DNA of 64,000 bases. Source: Phormidium sp. GTDB taxonomy: Bacteria; Cyanobacteriota; Cyanobacteriia; Cyanobacteriales; Aerosakkonemataceae. The DNA lies in contig CP143273.1 of the NCBI GenBank assembly GCA_051013385.1, positions 1,760,001 through 1,824,000 of the forward strand, in the 5' to 3' direction. The notes under the pieces were generated by a model that was not told the origin of the DNA, made no database searches, and worked only from the letters and a program-made list of their open reading frames with translations. Below, piece by piece: positions 39,224 through 49,979 of this stretch (positions within the stretch are counted from its first letter, which is position 1; each line of letters opens with the position of its first letter). A program made the translations under genes and the position numbers.

Positions 39224-42200
39224 ATGAAGCTTCACAAGAGACACCATAAAGTTGCGAGTTGCGATCGCACTTTAGGTGAAATTCTCATGCAACTTTTTCC
39301 ATTCACAACTTCTATAAGTTCTCAAGTTAAGGAAAGACAAATGTTAGAGTTAACCAATAATTCCAATTTTCCCGAAACTATTGATGAAGTTTTTGCAGAA
39401 AAATCCCATCTAGAAAATACAGAATTAGAGGCAGAAAAGCCTACTATTACTAGTTCCAACTCTTCGGGCGATAAATCACTGGAAAGTCAAAAAGGGAATA
39501 GTGTCGAGATACTTTCTAACTCGCTACTGTCAGAAAACAATTCCTTTAAACCAGGAAATAAACCAGATTTTGTCACTGATTTTCCCGGACAAAACCTTTC
39601 TGAATTGGTACTGCCAATTCAAGCTCAAGCTGATTTTGCCGTTACGTCAGTAACAACTACAAGCTACACAGGGGGCAACATCGGGGATGTGATTAATGGG
39701 GTAGACGGATTATTCGATACCCTGCAAAATGCTGTTAATCAAAGGATATTTGGTAACGCACTTCCGATCGTTGGTAATCAACTGCAAAACTCCAACCAAA
39801 GCGAAGTCAATTTTATTAAAGACTTTGAAGATGATGTTCTGGGAAAATTGCGGGAAAAATTGGATGGCATTGGCAACAAAACTCCCGAATTAGTTAGGGA
39901 AGCTTTAGCAGAAGCTTTAGGCAATAACGGTTTGAAGTTGCTGCAAGATGCGAATAACGACGGACAAGTTAACAGCCAAGATATTGGATTAATTCAAACA
40001 GCAGATGATGTCAAATTCGATCTCAAATTAAAGCAATCTGTCAAATCTTTTAACACCTCCCTGGCTAGTAATATCGGAATTCCCGGACTCGGTTTAACAA
40101 CTAATGGCAACGCTCAAGTTGGAATTGGATTTGATTTTAACCTTAAATTTGGCGTACATAAAACAAATGGTTTTTATTTCGATACCTCGGCAACTGACGA
40201 ACTCAAAATCGGTGTCAATGCCTCCACCCCCAATTTAGACGCTACGGGCAAATTGGGATTTTTGCAACTCAACGTTAAAGACAAAGGCAGTCAATTTAAT
40301 AGCACTTTTTCCGTTGACTTAAGAGATGCAGACAATCAACTGAGATTTTCCGAATTACCATCAGTAAACTTAGCCAATTTAGTCAGTGCCAAACTTACTG
40401 GCGGTGCCGATGTCAAACTGGGTTTAGCTACTACCTTTAACGGTTCGACAATCTGGCCTTCCGTCAGTTCAGATTTTAACTTGAACTGGACTTTTAACAA
40501 TGCTTTAGCCGATCCAAGTCAAAATCAAACCTTTGGCAATAGACCAACAGTTGCATTTGATAATGTCAAATTAAATATGGGGTCGTTTTTCAGCAATTTT
40601 GCGCGTCCGGTGCTGGAAAATGTGCAGAAAATTACCCAACCCTTGCAACCTGTTATCGAAGCACTCACCACGCCTATTGACATGGGCGTGAATAAATTTA
40701 CCCTGTTAGATGTTGCCCAACAAATGGGTAAAATCGACCAGAACGATCGCAACTTCATCGAATCAATTTCCCAAGTCGTTCGAGTTGTTAATAGTATCCC
40801 GACTAGCAGCGATTTGTCGATCGATCTAGGCAAATTCAATTTGGGTACAACCGATATTCGCGCCAATAATTTCAACCTCAGCACTGTTAACCCAACTATT
40901 ACCTTACCGACAATTCCCACTCTCAGCCAAATGCCTACAGGCAGTGCCGAAGCGAATTTCGTTAGCAGCTTCAAGAGCATTCCTGGCGCGGGATTGCAAT
41001 TCCCCATATTAGAAGATCCTAAGCAGGCATTTAATTTATTTTTGGGCAAAGATGCCGACCTATTCAAATACGATTTACCGCGATTTGAATTTAACTTTGA
41101 TTACAGTCAAATATTCCCCATCCTTGGGCCCTTATCTGCCGAAATTAAAGGACAAGTTAGCGCCGCTGCTGACGTAGATTTTGGTTACGATACTGCGGGG
41201 CTTCGCCAATTTGGACAAAGCGGCAATGTTGCCGATATTGCCAATGGCTTTTACGTCAACGACCCCACCACACCGGAATTGATGCTCAATGCCAGACTGG
41301 AAGCCTTTGCTGCCATTAATGCAGTATTAGGTTCGGCTGGAGTCGGCGGTGGCATTTACGGCAATATTAACTTCGACCTGAAAGACCCCAACAACGACCA
41401 AAAGGTGAGGTTCAACGAATTAGTCGAACTGCTGCAAAATCCGCTCACCATGTTTGATACTTCTGGGGAACTCAGCGCTGGCTTGACAGCTTATGCGCGG
41501 TTCGGAGTTGACCCCTTTATGCACAGCTTCCAGTATGACAGTCCCAGATTAACCCTACTCAGCTTTGGCAATAATACCGGATCTGGTTCGGGACAACCTC
41601 AGCCAACTTCGGCAACTATTCTCTCTGGGGGAGTTTTGCGGCTGAATATGGGGCCAAATGCGATCGATCGCACTAATGGTAACACTACCGATGGCAGCGA
41701 AGTCTTTAGAATTGCTCGCGTGTCGGGAACTGCTGGGAACGAAACTCTATCCGTAACTGCCTTTAACGTGACGCGAGAGTACAGCGGCATTAGCAAAATT
41801 GTTGCTGATGGGGGCGAAAATGATGACTTAATCGAATTGCACTCAGCTGTTTTGACGGCAGCAGAATTGGCAGGTGGCAAAGGTCAAGATCAGCTGATTG
41901 GCGGTAGCGGCAACGATTCCCTGAACGGCGGTGATGGCTGGGATAAACTGGTAGGTGGCAATGGTAGTGATTCCCTGTTGGGCGGTACTGGTGACGATCT
42001 CCTGGTTGGTGGCGCAGGAGTAGATTTACTCAACGGCGGCGATGGGTTTGATATTGCCAGCTACGAAACGGCTACGGCTGGGGTATTGGTCAATTTAGGA
42101 ACTAATACTGGTACAGGCGATGCCGCAGGTGATATCTTCCAGTCGATCGAACGAGTAGACGGTTCCAACTTTGACGATACCTTAATCGGTGATAGTGGCG

Positions 42201-44671
42201 ACAATCAGTTACGCGGCGGTGCTGGTAACGACTTGATTTTAGGCGGTGCAGGCAATGACTTGCTGGTAGGTGGGGCTGGTGCCGATACCTTAGACGGTGA
42301 ATCGGGTATGGATGCCGTTTCGTACATTGGTTCTGCTGCGGGAGTTTCGATTAATTTGGCAACTGGAACTGCAACGGGTGGCGATGCCCAAGGCGATGTG
42401 TTGCGATCGATCGAACGGGTAGAAGGTTCAGAAAAAGCCGATATCCTAATTGGTGACAGCAGCAATAACATCCTCAGCGGTTTAGCAGGTAACGATTCGC
42501 TCAACGGCGATGCTGGTAACGACTTGCTCAACGGCGATGCTGGAGCAGATACGATCGATGGCAGTGCAGGCGACGATACAGTTTCTTATGCTACATCGAA
42601 CCCTGGTACATCCAACGCTGGCGTTACGGTTAACTTGGCAACGGGAGCGGTTTCAGGCGGACACGCTGCGGGGGATGTGCTGGTATCAGTAGAAAACATT
42701 ATCGGCTCTAACTTCAACGACAACCTCACCGGAAACGCTGGTAACAATATTATCAACCCCGGTTTAGGTGTGAATTACGCCTACGGTGGCGACGGTGACG
42801 ACTTGCTGATTATGGACTTTTCAGTTAACGAAACAGGCAAGGGTGTAAGTAGTTCTAGCGGCTGGATTTCACGGCAAAACAGCAACGGTATTGGCAACGC
42901 TGATGCCGTTTATCAAGCCCAGTTTGAGCGGTTCCACATTACTGGTACCAGTTCTAACGATCAATGGACGGGTGCTGTAGGTAACGATACGATGATCGGC
43001 GGTTTGGGCGACGATACTATCTCCAGCAGTAGCGGCAATGATTCGATTCTGGGCGGTGCTGGCAACGACAGCCTCAACGGTGAGACTGGCAATGATTGGA
43101 TCTTTGGCGGTGATGGCGATGACTTTATTCGTGTCACCGACAACGACCCCAATAAAAACGATACCCTGGATGGTGGTGCGGGAATTGACACCCTGGTAGC
43201 AGACTTCTCTAACCAAACCCAGGCAATGGTATTCGATAGTACCAACCCGACAGCCGCCCAATATACCTTTGCCGATGGGACAACAGTTCGCAATTTTGAA
43301 GTGTTCCAAACCCTGAGAACGGGCAGCGGTAATGACCAAATTGTGCAATTGGGACGGGTTAGTAACACCTTCTCCGGGGGTGCAGGTAACGATACGATTA
43401 ACGCGGGTTTGGGTATCAATGATATGGTGAGCGGAGATGCAGGCGACGACTTGCTAATTCTGGACTATTCGGTTGGGGATACTGGCAAAGCTGTAATTTT
43501 TGGCACTAATGGCTGGATTTCTCGCCAAAATAGCAACGGTATTGGCAACGCTGATGCCCTATTCCATAATGGATTCGAGCGATTTTACACGATCGGTACT
43601 GACTATAACGATCAATTGTTGGGTGTTGCTGGTAACGATACATTGATCGGTGGTTTGGGCAATGATACTATCTCTAGCGGTACTGGGAATGACTCGATCG
43701 TTGGCGGTGCGGGTAACGATAGCTTAGATGCGGCTACGGGTAGCGATCGCATTTTCGCTGGCGATGGCGATGATTGGGTAAGAGTTATCAATGACGTTAC
43801 CAGTCAAAACGATACCCTCGATGGTGGCGCTGGCATCGATACCCTTGCCGCTGCCGACTTCTCCAACCAAACTCAAGGTATGGTGTTCGATAGCAGCAAT
43901 CCCATCCCCGAACAAATCTTTGCCGATGGCACAACTATCAGGGATTTTGAAGTGTTCGTTAATTTGACTACAGGTGCGGGTAGCGATCGCATAACACAGT
44001 TGGGACGCTTAAACAACGATTTCCGCGCTGGTGCAGGCAACGATACAATTAACCCCGGTTTGGGTGCCAATGATTATCTGCTGGGAGATGCAGGCGACGA
44101 CTTGCTGATTCTCGACTATTCTGTGGGAGATACTGGCAAGGGCGTTATCAGTTCCAATGGTGTATGGATTAGTCGCCAAAATAGCAGCGGCACAGGCAAC
44201 GCCGATCACCTTTACTACAACGGGTTTGAGCGCTTGCACATTACCGGAACTGATTATAACGACCAACTGCTAGGGGCGACTGGTAGCGATACCCTATCCA
44301 CTGGTGCGGGAGATGATACCTTGACCGGAAATGGCGGTGCCGATATCCTCAGAGCAGGTGTTGGTAACGATGTCTACTCAGTCAACACCGCATCTGGTGG
44401 CACTCAAATCCAAGATGCAGGCGGTACAGATTCCCTCATTCTGTCTGGAATTACCTTGTCTCTAAACCGTCCAAATACCACTTCTCATGGTATCCAACGC
44501 AATGGTACAACGTTGGCGATCGATCTTAACCGGGATGGGGTAATCAATGCCGCCCAAGATTTGACAATCCTAGACTTCTTTGCCGGAACTTCTGGTAATC
44601 AAGCAGGTGTTGGTTTCATTGAAACTGTGGGCAATCTCGCTGGCAATAATATTCTGAACTCTGGGATCTAA
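39224..44671 (+). CDS. Large RTX-type calcium-binding secreted protein
   Basis: Many GGxGxDxL nonapeptide repeats; internal duplications; start uncertain. Confidence 0.9.
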   Translation: MKLHKRHHKVASCDRTLGEILMQLFPFTTSISSQVKERQMLELTNNSNFPETIDEVFAEKSHLENTELEAEKPTITSSNSSGDKSLESQKGNSVEILSNSLLSENNSFKPGNKPDFVTDFPGQNLSELVLPIQAQADFAVTSVTTTSYTGGNIGDVINGVDGLFDTLQNAVNQRIFGNALPIVGNQLQNSNQSEVNFIKDFEDDVLGKLREKLDGIGNKTPELVREALAEALGNNGLKLLQDANNDGQVNSQDIGLIQTADDVKFDLKLKQSVKSFNTSLASNIGIPGLGLTTNGNAQVGIGFDFNLKFGVHKTNGFYFDTSATDELKIGVNASTPNLDATGKLGFLQLNVKDKGSQFNSTFSVDLRDADNQLRFSELPSVNLANLVSAKLTGGADVKLGLATTFNGSTIWPSVSSDFNLNWTFNNALADPSQNQTFGNRPTVAFDNVKLNMGSFFSNFARPVLENVQKITQPLQPVIEALTTPIDMGVNKFTLLDVAQQMGKIDQNDRNFIESISQVVRVVNSIPTSSDLSIDLGKFNLGTTDIRANNFNLSTVNPTITLPTIPTLSQMPTGSAEANFVSSFKSIPGAGLQFPILEDPKQAFNLFLGKDADLFKYDLPRFEFNFDYSQIFPILGPLSAEIKGQVSAAADVDFGYDTAGLRQFGQSGNVADIANGFYVNDPTTPELMLNARLEAFAAINAVLGSAGVGGGIYGNINFDLKDPNNDQKVRFNELVELLQNPLTMFDTSGELSAGLTAYARFGVDPFMHSFQYDSPRLTLLSFGNNTGSGSGQPQPTSATILSGGVLRLNMGPNAIDRTNGNTTDGSEVFRIARVSGTAGNETLSVTAFNVTREYSGISKIVADGGENDDLIELHSAVLTAAELAGGKGQDQLIGGSGNDSLNGGDGWDKLVGGNGSDSLLGGTGDDLLVGGAGVDLLNGGDGFDIASYETATAGVLVNLGTNTGTGDAAGDIFQSIERVDGSNFDDTLIGDSGDNQLRGGAGNDLILGGAGNDLLVGGAGADTLDGESGMDAVSYIGSAAGVSINLATGTATGGDAQGDVLRSIERVEGSEKADILIGDSSNNILSGLAGNDSLNGDAGNDLLNGDAGADTIDGSAGDDTVSYATSNPGTSNAGVTVNLATGAVSGGHAAGDVLVSVENIIGSNFNDNLTGNAGNNIINPGLGVNYAYGGDGDDLLIMDFSVNETGKGVSSSSGWISRQNSNGIGNADAVYQAQFERFHITGTSSNDQWTGAVGNDTMIGGLGDDTISSSSGNDSILGGAGNDSLNGETGNDWIFGGDGDDFIRVTDNDPNKNDTLDGGAGIDTLVADFSNQTQAMVFDSTNPTAAQYTFADGTTVRNFEVFQTLRTGSGNDQIVQLGRVSNTFSGGAGNDTINAGLGINDMVSGDAGDDLLILDYSVGDTGKAVIFGTNGWISRQNSNGIGNADALFHNGFERFYTIGTDYNDQLLGVAGNDTLIGGLGNDTISSGTGNDSIVGGAGNDSLDAATGSDRIFAGDGDDWVRVINDVTSQNDTLDGGAGIDTLAAADFSNQTQGMVFDSSNPIPEQIFADGTTIRDFEVFVNLTTGAGSDRITQLGRLNNDFRAGAGNDTINPGLGANDYLLGDAGDDLLILDYSVGDTGKGVISSNGVWISRQNSSGTGNADHLYYNGFERLHITGTDYNDQLLGATGSDTLSTGAGDDTLTGNGGADILRAGVGNDVYSVNTASGGTQIQDAGGTDSLILSGITLSLNRPNTTSHGIQRNGTTLAIDLNRDGVINAAQDLTILDFFAGTSGNQAGVGFIETVGNLAGNNILNSGI

Positions 44672-44757
44672 TATCGATTACCTGGGGACAAGGGAAAGTT
44701 TTGAGTGTAATCGACTTCTCCTTGTCCCCTTGTCTCCTTGTCCCCCAGTCCCCAAGC

Positions 44758-45849
44758 CTACTGCACGCTACCTGGAGGCGGTACGGGGATATTTAGGGGT
44801 TGAGAGGGTTGTACTATTGTTCCGGTTCCGGGGGGTAGGGGGATGATGGCGGGTTTATTGCGATCGCCACTATCTCCCGTTGCCGCTGGGGGTGGGGGTA
44901 GATTTGCCGGAAGGTTGAAAGTCGGCTGTTGTCCGGTTTCTGGAACTACTGGCGGCGAAGGATTGGGATTTTCGGCTGTACCTACCATTTGTCGCAGGTA
45001 GGACTTGGGATCTTCTGCTACCCAGCCTAAATCGGAGTTATAACGTATTTCAAAATGTAAATGGGCAGTTTCAATATCCGGGCTACCTGTGCTACCGACA
45101 GTTCCTAATTGTTGCCCCTGTCTTACTGGTTGTCCAGTGGTAACAGTAATACTACCCAAATGTGCATAGCGAGTTTGTTGTCCTTCTTGATGATTTACAA
45201 CTACCAAATAACCATAATCTCCGCGATCGCCAGCATAAGCCACAATGCCATCTCCAGCCGCTAAAACTGGCGTACCTCGGTTAGCAAGTAAATCTAACCC
45301 ACTGTGAAAAAATACTTTGCGCGTACTCGGATGTAGCAACCAACCGTATCCCAAAGCTACAGGCGCTACAGTTGGCAAAGGATAGCCTTTGAGAGTGGTA
45401 CTCTCAATAAAATTATCGCTGCCTGCTGGCGACCAATTTACCCCAGGCAAAAACACAATTCTCAGGTCTTCCTGACAACCATTGGTTTCATATACCAACA
45501 CATCTCGCACCTTATAAGCTGCCGCAACATCTCGCCAAGTTTGATTTGCGGGAACTTCCACCACTACCCCATTAAAAGGCGGAATGATAATTTCACTCCC
45601 CGCCCGGACTTCACCTTGTCTGATGCTGGGGTTCATTCCCATCAGGGTAGCCGGAATCAAGTTATAAAGTCTGGCAATACTCTCTATTGTCTCTCCTGGC
45701 GCAACTAAGTGTTTTTTGAGCCGGGATAAAGCTGGTTCAGGACAGTTGAGGTTGTTAGCCTCCACTGCGTTGGCTTTTATTCCCGCCAGGGGAATATTTA
45801 GCCATAAAAGTGTTATGAGAAGGGTCAGTTGTCCTTTGTTAATTTTCAT
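44758..45849 (-). CDS. LysM plus M23 peptidase
   Basis: LysM N-terminus; HSGLD, YAHL, HLHFE. Confidence 0.9.
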   Translation of the reverse strand: MKINKGQLTLLITLLWLNIPLAGIKANAVEANNLNCPEPALSRLKKHLVAPGETIESIARLYNLIPATLMGMNPSIRQGEVRAGSEIIIPPFNGVVVEVPANQTWRDVAAAYKVRDVLVYETNGCQEDLRIVFLPGVNWSPAGSDNFIESTTLKGYPLPTVAPVALGYGWLLHPSTRKVFFHSGLDLLANRGTPVLAAGDGIVAYAGDRGDYGYLVVVNHQEGQQTRYAHLGSITVTTGQPVRQGQQLGTVGSTGSPDIETAHLHFEIRYNSDLGWVAEDPKSYLRQMVGTAENPNPSPPVVPETGQQPTFNLPANLPPPPAATGDSGDRNKPAIIPLPPGTGTIVQPSQPLNIPVPPPGSVQ

Positions 45850-46015
45850 TTGCCAAGTGTTCCATTTCCTTCGCCATTTGTTATCTTCAGTTTTTTATAG
45901 CCCTTTGTTCCCCGCTATTTTAAGGTTGACTGCCCCGGATCAGGCAGGTCGCCAGCAAAGAACAGGCTAAATTAGATTTCATTACTAGTTTCTGTTTGTT
46001 TGGGCATGATGAATT

Positions 46016-47224
46016 ATGAGTTTATCTTTTAAACAACTGACTCTTTATTTAACTTTACTGAGTTTAGGTGGTGGGGCTGGAATCTTAGGCAACCGCTATC
46101 TACAATCAGAAAATCCTATCAGACAGACTGCCTCAATGACACCCGTAATCCAGCAGCCGCTACCGCCTCAGCCTAGCCCGTCGTTAGGTAGACTGCCCAT
46201 TTCACCGGGTAATGTTAATTTTATCGCTGAGGCTGCCCAAAAAGTAGGCCCAGCAGTGGTTCGCATTGATGCGGCGCGGAAAGTGGAAACTCCTTTACCA
46301 GAACTGTTTAAAAACCCTCTATTTAGAGGGTTTTTTGGTACTGAAAAGCCTGTACCATCAGATGAACGGGTAGAACGGGGTACGGGATCGGGTGTAATTT
46401 TGTCTGCGGATGGGCGTTTGGTGACTAATGCTCATGTGGTGGCGGGAGCAGATATTGTGAGAGTGACGCTCAAAGATGGTCGCTCTCTGGATGGTCGGGT
46501 GATTGGTGTGGATCAGCTTACCGATCTAGCGGTGGTTAAAATTGAGGCGAAGGATTTACCTACGGTAAGTTTGGGTAGTTCGCAAAATTTGATTCCGGGA
46601 GAGTGGGCGATCGCGATCGGTAATCCCTTGGGTTTGGATAATACTGTCACTGTGGGGATTATCAGCGCAACAGGTCGTTCTAGTTCCCAAGTGGGTGTCC
46701 CAGATAAAAGAGTTAATTTTATTCAAACTGATGCCGCGATTAACCCCGGAAACTCTGGCGGACCTTTGTTAAACTCAAATGGCGAAGTGATTGGGATTAA
46801 TACGGCGATTCGCGCTGGTGCTCAAGGGTTGGGTTTTGCGATTCCGATCGAAACTGCTCAAAGAGTCGCTAATCAACTGTTTGATAAAGGTCGTGCAGAA
46901 CATCCATTCTTGGGCGTTCAGATGGTGACTCTCTCTCCAGAAATGAGAAACAAAGTTAGTCAGGAAACTGATTTGAAAATTACTCAAGATCGAGGAGTCT
47001 TGATCGTGCGAGTTCTGGAAAAGTCGCCAGCCGAAAAAGCAGGTCTACGCGCAGGTGACATCATCGAGAAAATTGGCGACCTGACTGTTGAAGATACTTC
47101 TGCTGTACAGCAAGTGGTGGAATCTAACGAGGTTGGTGTGGTTCTGGAAATGGAAGTGAACCGCAATGGTCGCAGACAAAAGCTCCAAGTAAAAACGGGA
47201 GTTTATCCAAAACGGCTGAATTAG
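46016..47224 (+). CDS. HhoA/HhoB/HtrA serine protease with PDZ domain
   Basis: TNAHVV, DLAV, GNSGGPL. Confidence 0.93.
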   Translation: MSLSFKQLTLYLTLLSLGGGAGILGNRYLQSENPIRQTASMTPVIQQPLPPQPSPSLGRLPISPGNVNFIAEAAQKVGPAVVRIDAARKVETPLPELFKNPLFRGFFGTEKPVPSDERVERGTGSGVILSADGRLVTNAHVVAGADIVRVTLKDGRSLDGRVIGVDQLTDLAVVKIEAKDLPTVSLGSSQNLIPGEWAIAIGNPLGLDNTVTVGIISATGRSSSQVGVPDKRVNFIQTDAAINPGNSGGPLLNSNGEVIGINTAIRAGAQGLGFAIPIETAQRVANQLFDKGRAEHPFLGVQMVTLSPEMRNKVSQETDLKITQDRGVLIVRVLEKSPAEKAGLRAGDIIEKIGDLTVEDTSAVQQVVESNEVGVVLEMEVNRNGRRQKLQVKTGVYPKRLN

Positions 47225-47382
47225 CACCAATTTTAGATTTTAGAATGTGGATTTTAGGTTCTTTGGTTGATTTGTGCGATCTTCTTTGGTTGCGTCACTA
47301 AGAATCTAAAATCTCAAATCTAAAATTAACCTAAAATTGATGCGGGTTCACTTCTTTTCTGAGTACGGGGTGTGCCATTGGT

Positions 47383-47748
47383 TTAAAACGGTGACTCACC
47401 TGATTTTTCATCTTTAGCTGAGTCCGAGAGTGTATGCGACCCTAGAAGACTCTCTTCTAGCTGCATTCGTTGTTCCATTTGGCGCAGAAAATAGCCAGTC
47501 ATCATCGCTGAAGCTAACAGCCCAGCCAGGTTTTCCCGGTCTGTAGTAATTTCGACATTAAAATGTTCCCCTGGCAACATCCCGACTAAACCTTGGACGT
47601 TCTGGGAAATGATTTGTTTGATTTCGGGACTGACTGACTTAGCGACACGCTCCAAAACTTCCGGCGACTGATGCTGGAGATAAGTCAACAACTCATTAGT
47701 TTGAGTATCTTGGGCGTTGCTACTGAGATGGTTGGGGTTAAAGACCAT
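47383..47748 (-). CDS. DUF760 family protein
   Basis: LAGLLASAMMTGYFLRQMEQR. Confidence 0.88.
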   Translation of the reverse strand: MVFNPNHLSSNAQDTQTNELLTYLQHQSPEVLERVAKSVSPEIKQIISQNVQGLVGMLPGEHFNVEITTDRENLAGLLASAMMTGYFLRQMEQRMQLEESLLGSHTLSDSAKDEKSGESPF

Positions 47749-47801
47749 GTGAATCCCACTTGTTTTACTATTACTAATCTAATCGATTTTGATATCAATG
47801 A

Positions 47802-47978
47802 AGGGGACTGGGGACTGGGGACTGGGGACTGGGGACTGGGGACAAGGGGACAAGGGGACAAGGGGACAAGGGGACAAGGGTAATTTTTATCTTCTGCTCC
47901 CCTGCTCCCCTGCTCCCCTGCTCCCCTGCCCCTCTGCTCCCCTGCCCCTCTGCCCCTCTGCCCCCCTGCTCCCCTGCC
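47802..47978. repeat. Short tandem repeats (STRR): GGGGACT, GGGGACAA and CCCCTGCT tracts
   Basis: Directly visible tandem 7-8-mers. Confidence 0.9.
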
Positions 47979-48473
47979 TCATTTCTGTGCTGGTTGTTCA
48001 AGCACTTTGGGGAGTTCTTCGAGTTGAAAGTATTGGTAAAATTTATCTGTGACTTGTAGCCAGTACGATCGACTATCGGTTTGGCGGCGTTTGCGAACAT
48101 AGCCTAATTCTACTAGTTCTTGCACTTGTTGATAGGCTCCTGAACCTCTTAAGTCTACTAATTCTGTTTGGGACATTGGGCCTTTGAGGGCGATCGCAGC
48201 GAGTGTTCTTAATGCCCCGACTCCTAGTTCTGGGGGGATTAAATTTTGCATTAGGGTATGAAAGGTCGATCGCAATTGTAAGCTGTAACCTTCGGGTGTT
48301 TCGACTACTTCTAGGGCACTGTCGCGATGTGCGTAGTCGTTGATTAGTTCGATCAGTGCTTCTTTGACTTCGGACCGATCGCAGCCAGCATACTCAGCGA
48401 TTTCTGATAACGAAAGTGGCTGACCTTTTAAATACAGAATTGCTTCAATTTTAGTTGCTAAACGATGCGACAT
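47979..48473 (-). CDS. scpB: SMC-Scp complex subunit ScpB
   Basis: IEAILY, ALRTLAAIA, DLRGSGAY. Confidence 0.92.
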   Translation of the reverse strand: MSHRLATKIEAILYLKGQPLSLSEIAEYAGCDRSEVKEALIELINDYAHRDSALEVVETPEGYSLQLRSTFHTLMQNLIPPELGVGALRTLAAIALKGPMSQTELVDLRGSGAYQQVQELVELGYVRKRRQTDSRSYWLQVTDKFYQYFQLEELPKVLEQPAQK

Positions 48474-48670
48474 CTGATGTTTAAGTTAAATGTTACCATT
48501 TTCGAGAAACTGGTGTTTCTGGATCTAGCATGATAGCATTTAGGACTTACGCTCCCAACCCGGTTTTTTAACGTAATTGGGTTATTTCAGCGTTAGAGTA
48601 GTAACGAAAAACCGGGTTTCTTGGCCTATGGTGCGTAAGTCCTAGCATTTTCGCTATTGCTGATTACTGT

Positions 48671-49909
48671 TTAAGTTAATTCTATTTTGAATTTATTTCC
48701 TTTTTGTTTCACATTGAAACAATTACATGATTTGAGAAATTTACTTAAGGTGCTACCTAAACCTAATTCTTTAATTACAGACCGAGGCGGTTTGCCATAA
48801 ATAGTCATAAATTCTTTGGCTAATACATTCAGAGAAATATCTTCTTCTGGATTTTGTGACTTAATTTTTTTCATTAATTCAATCAAGGCTTTTTCTAATT
48901 TTTCTTTGCTGTCGATCGTTCCTAATATATTTCCGTTAGTTACGGTTCCGTTGCGATCGCCATTCTCCGAACCCTTGATATGATTGATAATCATCTCTGG
49001 GGTTAAATTGCTGCTATTAACTGATTTGTTAGCTGTTTTTGGCGATTTTTCGCTAACAACATTTTCTTGTTTAACAATACTAGATCTAGCTTGAAATAGT
49101 GCCGAAAAAGCCGAGATTTTTGATAGTCTTTCGTCGATCGATTCTCGCTCGGACTGAATTAAACTTTCTAATTGACTCATTAACATATCTAAAGAAGGAA
49201 TTTCCGTATTTAAGCTAATCGAGTAATGTTTAGTTTCTCCAGTCTGGCGATTTTCGACTATTAATTTTTCTTCTTTACGGCGAACCCAATAAACTAACAT
49301 ACCATGATTTTGTAACTGATGACAAAGGTGCATTAATAACCCATCCGAGGAACAAATAAATACTTCTTTAACCTGGGGATAGGGTTTAAAAATTGATGCG
49401 CCAAAAGCAATCATTTTGGCATCGGCGCTGTTTTTGCCGTTGGGTACATGAATTAATTGATAACCGCGATCGTACAAATCAACATCTTGTTTTGCCATCG
49501 ACGCATTTCTCCAATTGGCAAAAGCAATTTTAATTAACTGCGGAGATTGCGCTAAACTAAGGAGAAACTTTTCCGCATTCTGGTCAATTTTCAGGTTTTC
49601 CGCATCTAAAAGCAACACAGAAACTACACTTTCAGCAGCAGAGATAATTTCCTCATCCATCTGCATATCTGAGGGCAAATTTTGAGGTTCATTACTCTCA
49701 TTAACAGGTGTGACTTCTGGGATTGACTCCGATTCTAAAACGGTGGCAACTTCTGGGGCAGAAATTTCCGTAGTTGACAATACAAAATTAGCTGTCTCTA
49801 AAAATTGTCGCCCACAATTTTTGCACAAATAATTTTGTCTGCCATTGCGACGACCATTTTTGCGATAAGAAGTAGATTGGCATTGGGGACATTTCATGTT
49901 TACCCTCAA
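48671..49909 (-). CDS. Zinc ribbon plus NYN (PIN-like) domain plus C-terminal OST-HTH/LOTUS-like protein
   Basis: CPQC...CKNC; LLLDAEN, KNSAD, SSDG. Confidence 0.75.
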   Translation of the reverse strand: MRVNMKCPQCQSTSYRKNGRRNGRQNYLCKNCGRQFLETANFVLSTTEISAPEVATVLESESIPEVTPVNESNEPQNLPSDMQMDEEIISAAESVVSVLLLDAENLKIDQNAEKFLLSLAQSPQLIKIAFANWRNASMAKQDVDLYDRGYQLIHVPNGKNSADAKMIAFGASIFKPYPQVKEVFICSSDGLLMHLCHQLQNHGMLVYWVRRKEEKLIVENRQTGETKHYSISLNTEIPSLDMLMSQLESLIQSERESIDERLSKISAFSALFQARSSIVKQENVVSEKSPKTANKSVNSSNLTPEMIINHIKGSENGDRNGTVTNGNILGTIDSKEKLEKALIELMKKIKSQNPEEDISLNVLAKEFMTIYGKPPRSVIKELGLGSTLSKFLKSCNCFNVKQKGNKFKIELT

Positions 49910-49979
49910 AGAAACTGTCCTGACTTAGTAGCACGTTCTCACATAATATAAAAAAGGATGTTTTACAAATCTTAAAATA

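Noticed and set aside
40525..44266. Antisense ORFs within the RTX gene
   Set aside because: Shadow frames of a repetitive Gly/Asp-rich coding sequence
47789..48100. Low-complexity ORFs (GTGDWGL, PLLPC repeats)
   Set aside because: Translations of STRR tandem repeats
48671..49909. IS1 transposase
   Set aside because: Only the InsA-like zinc ribbon is present, fused to a NYN domain; no DDE domain or terminal inverted repeats seen
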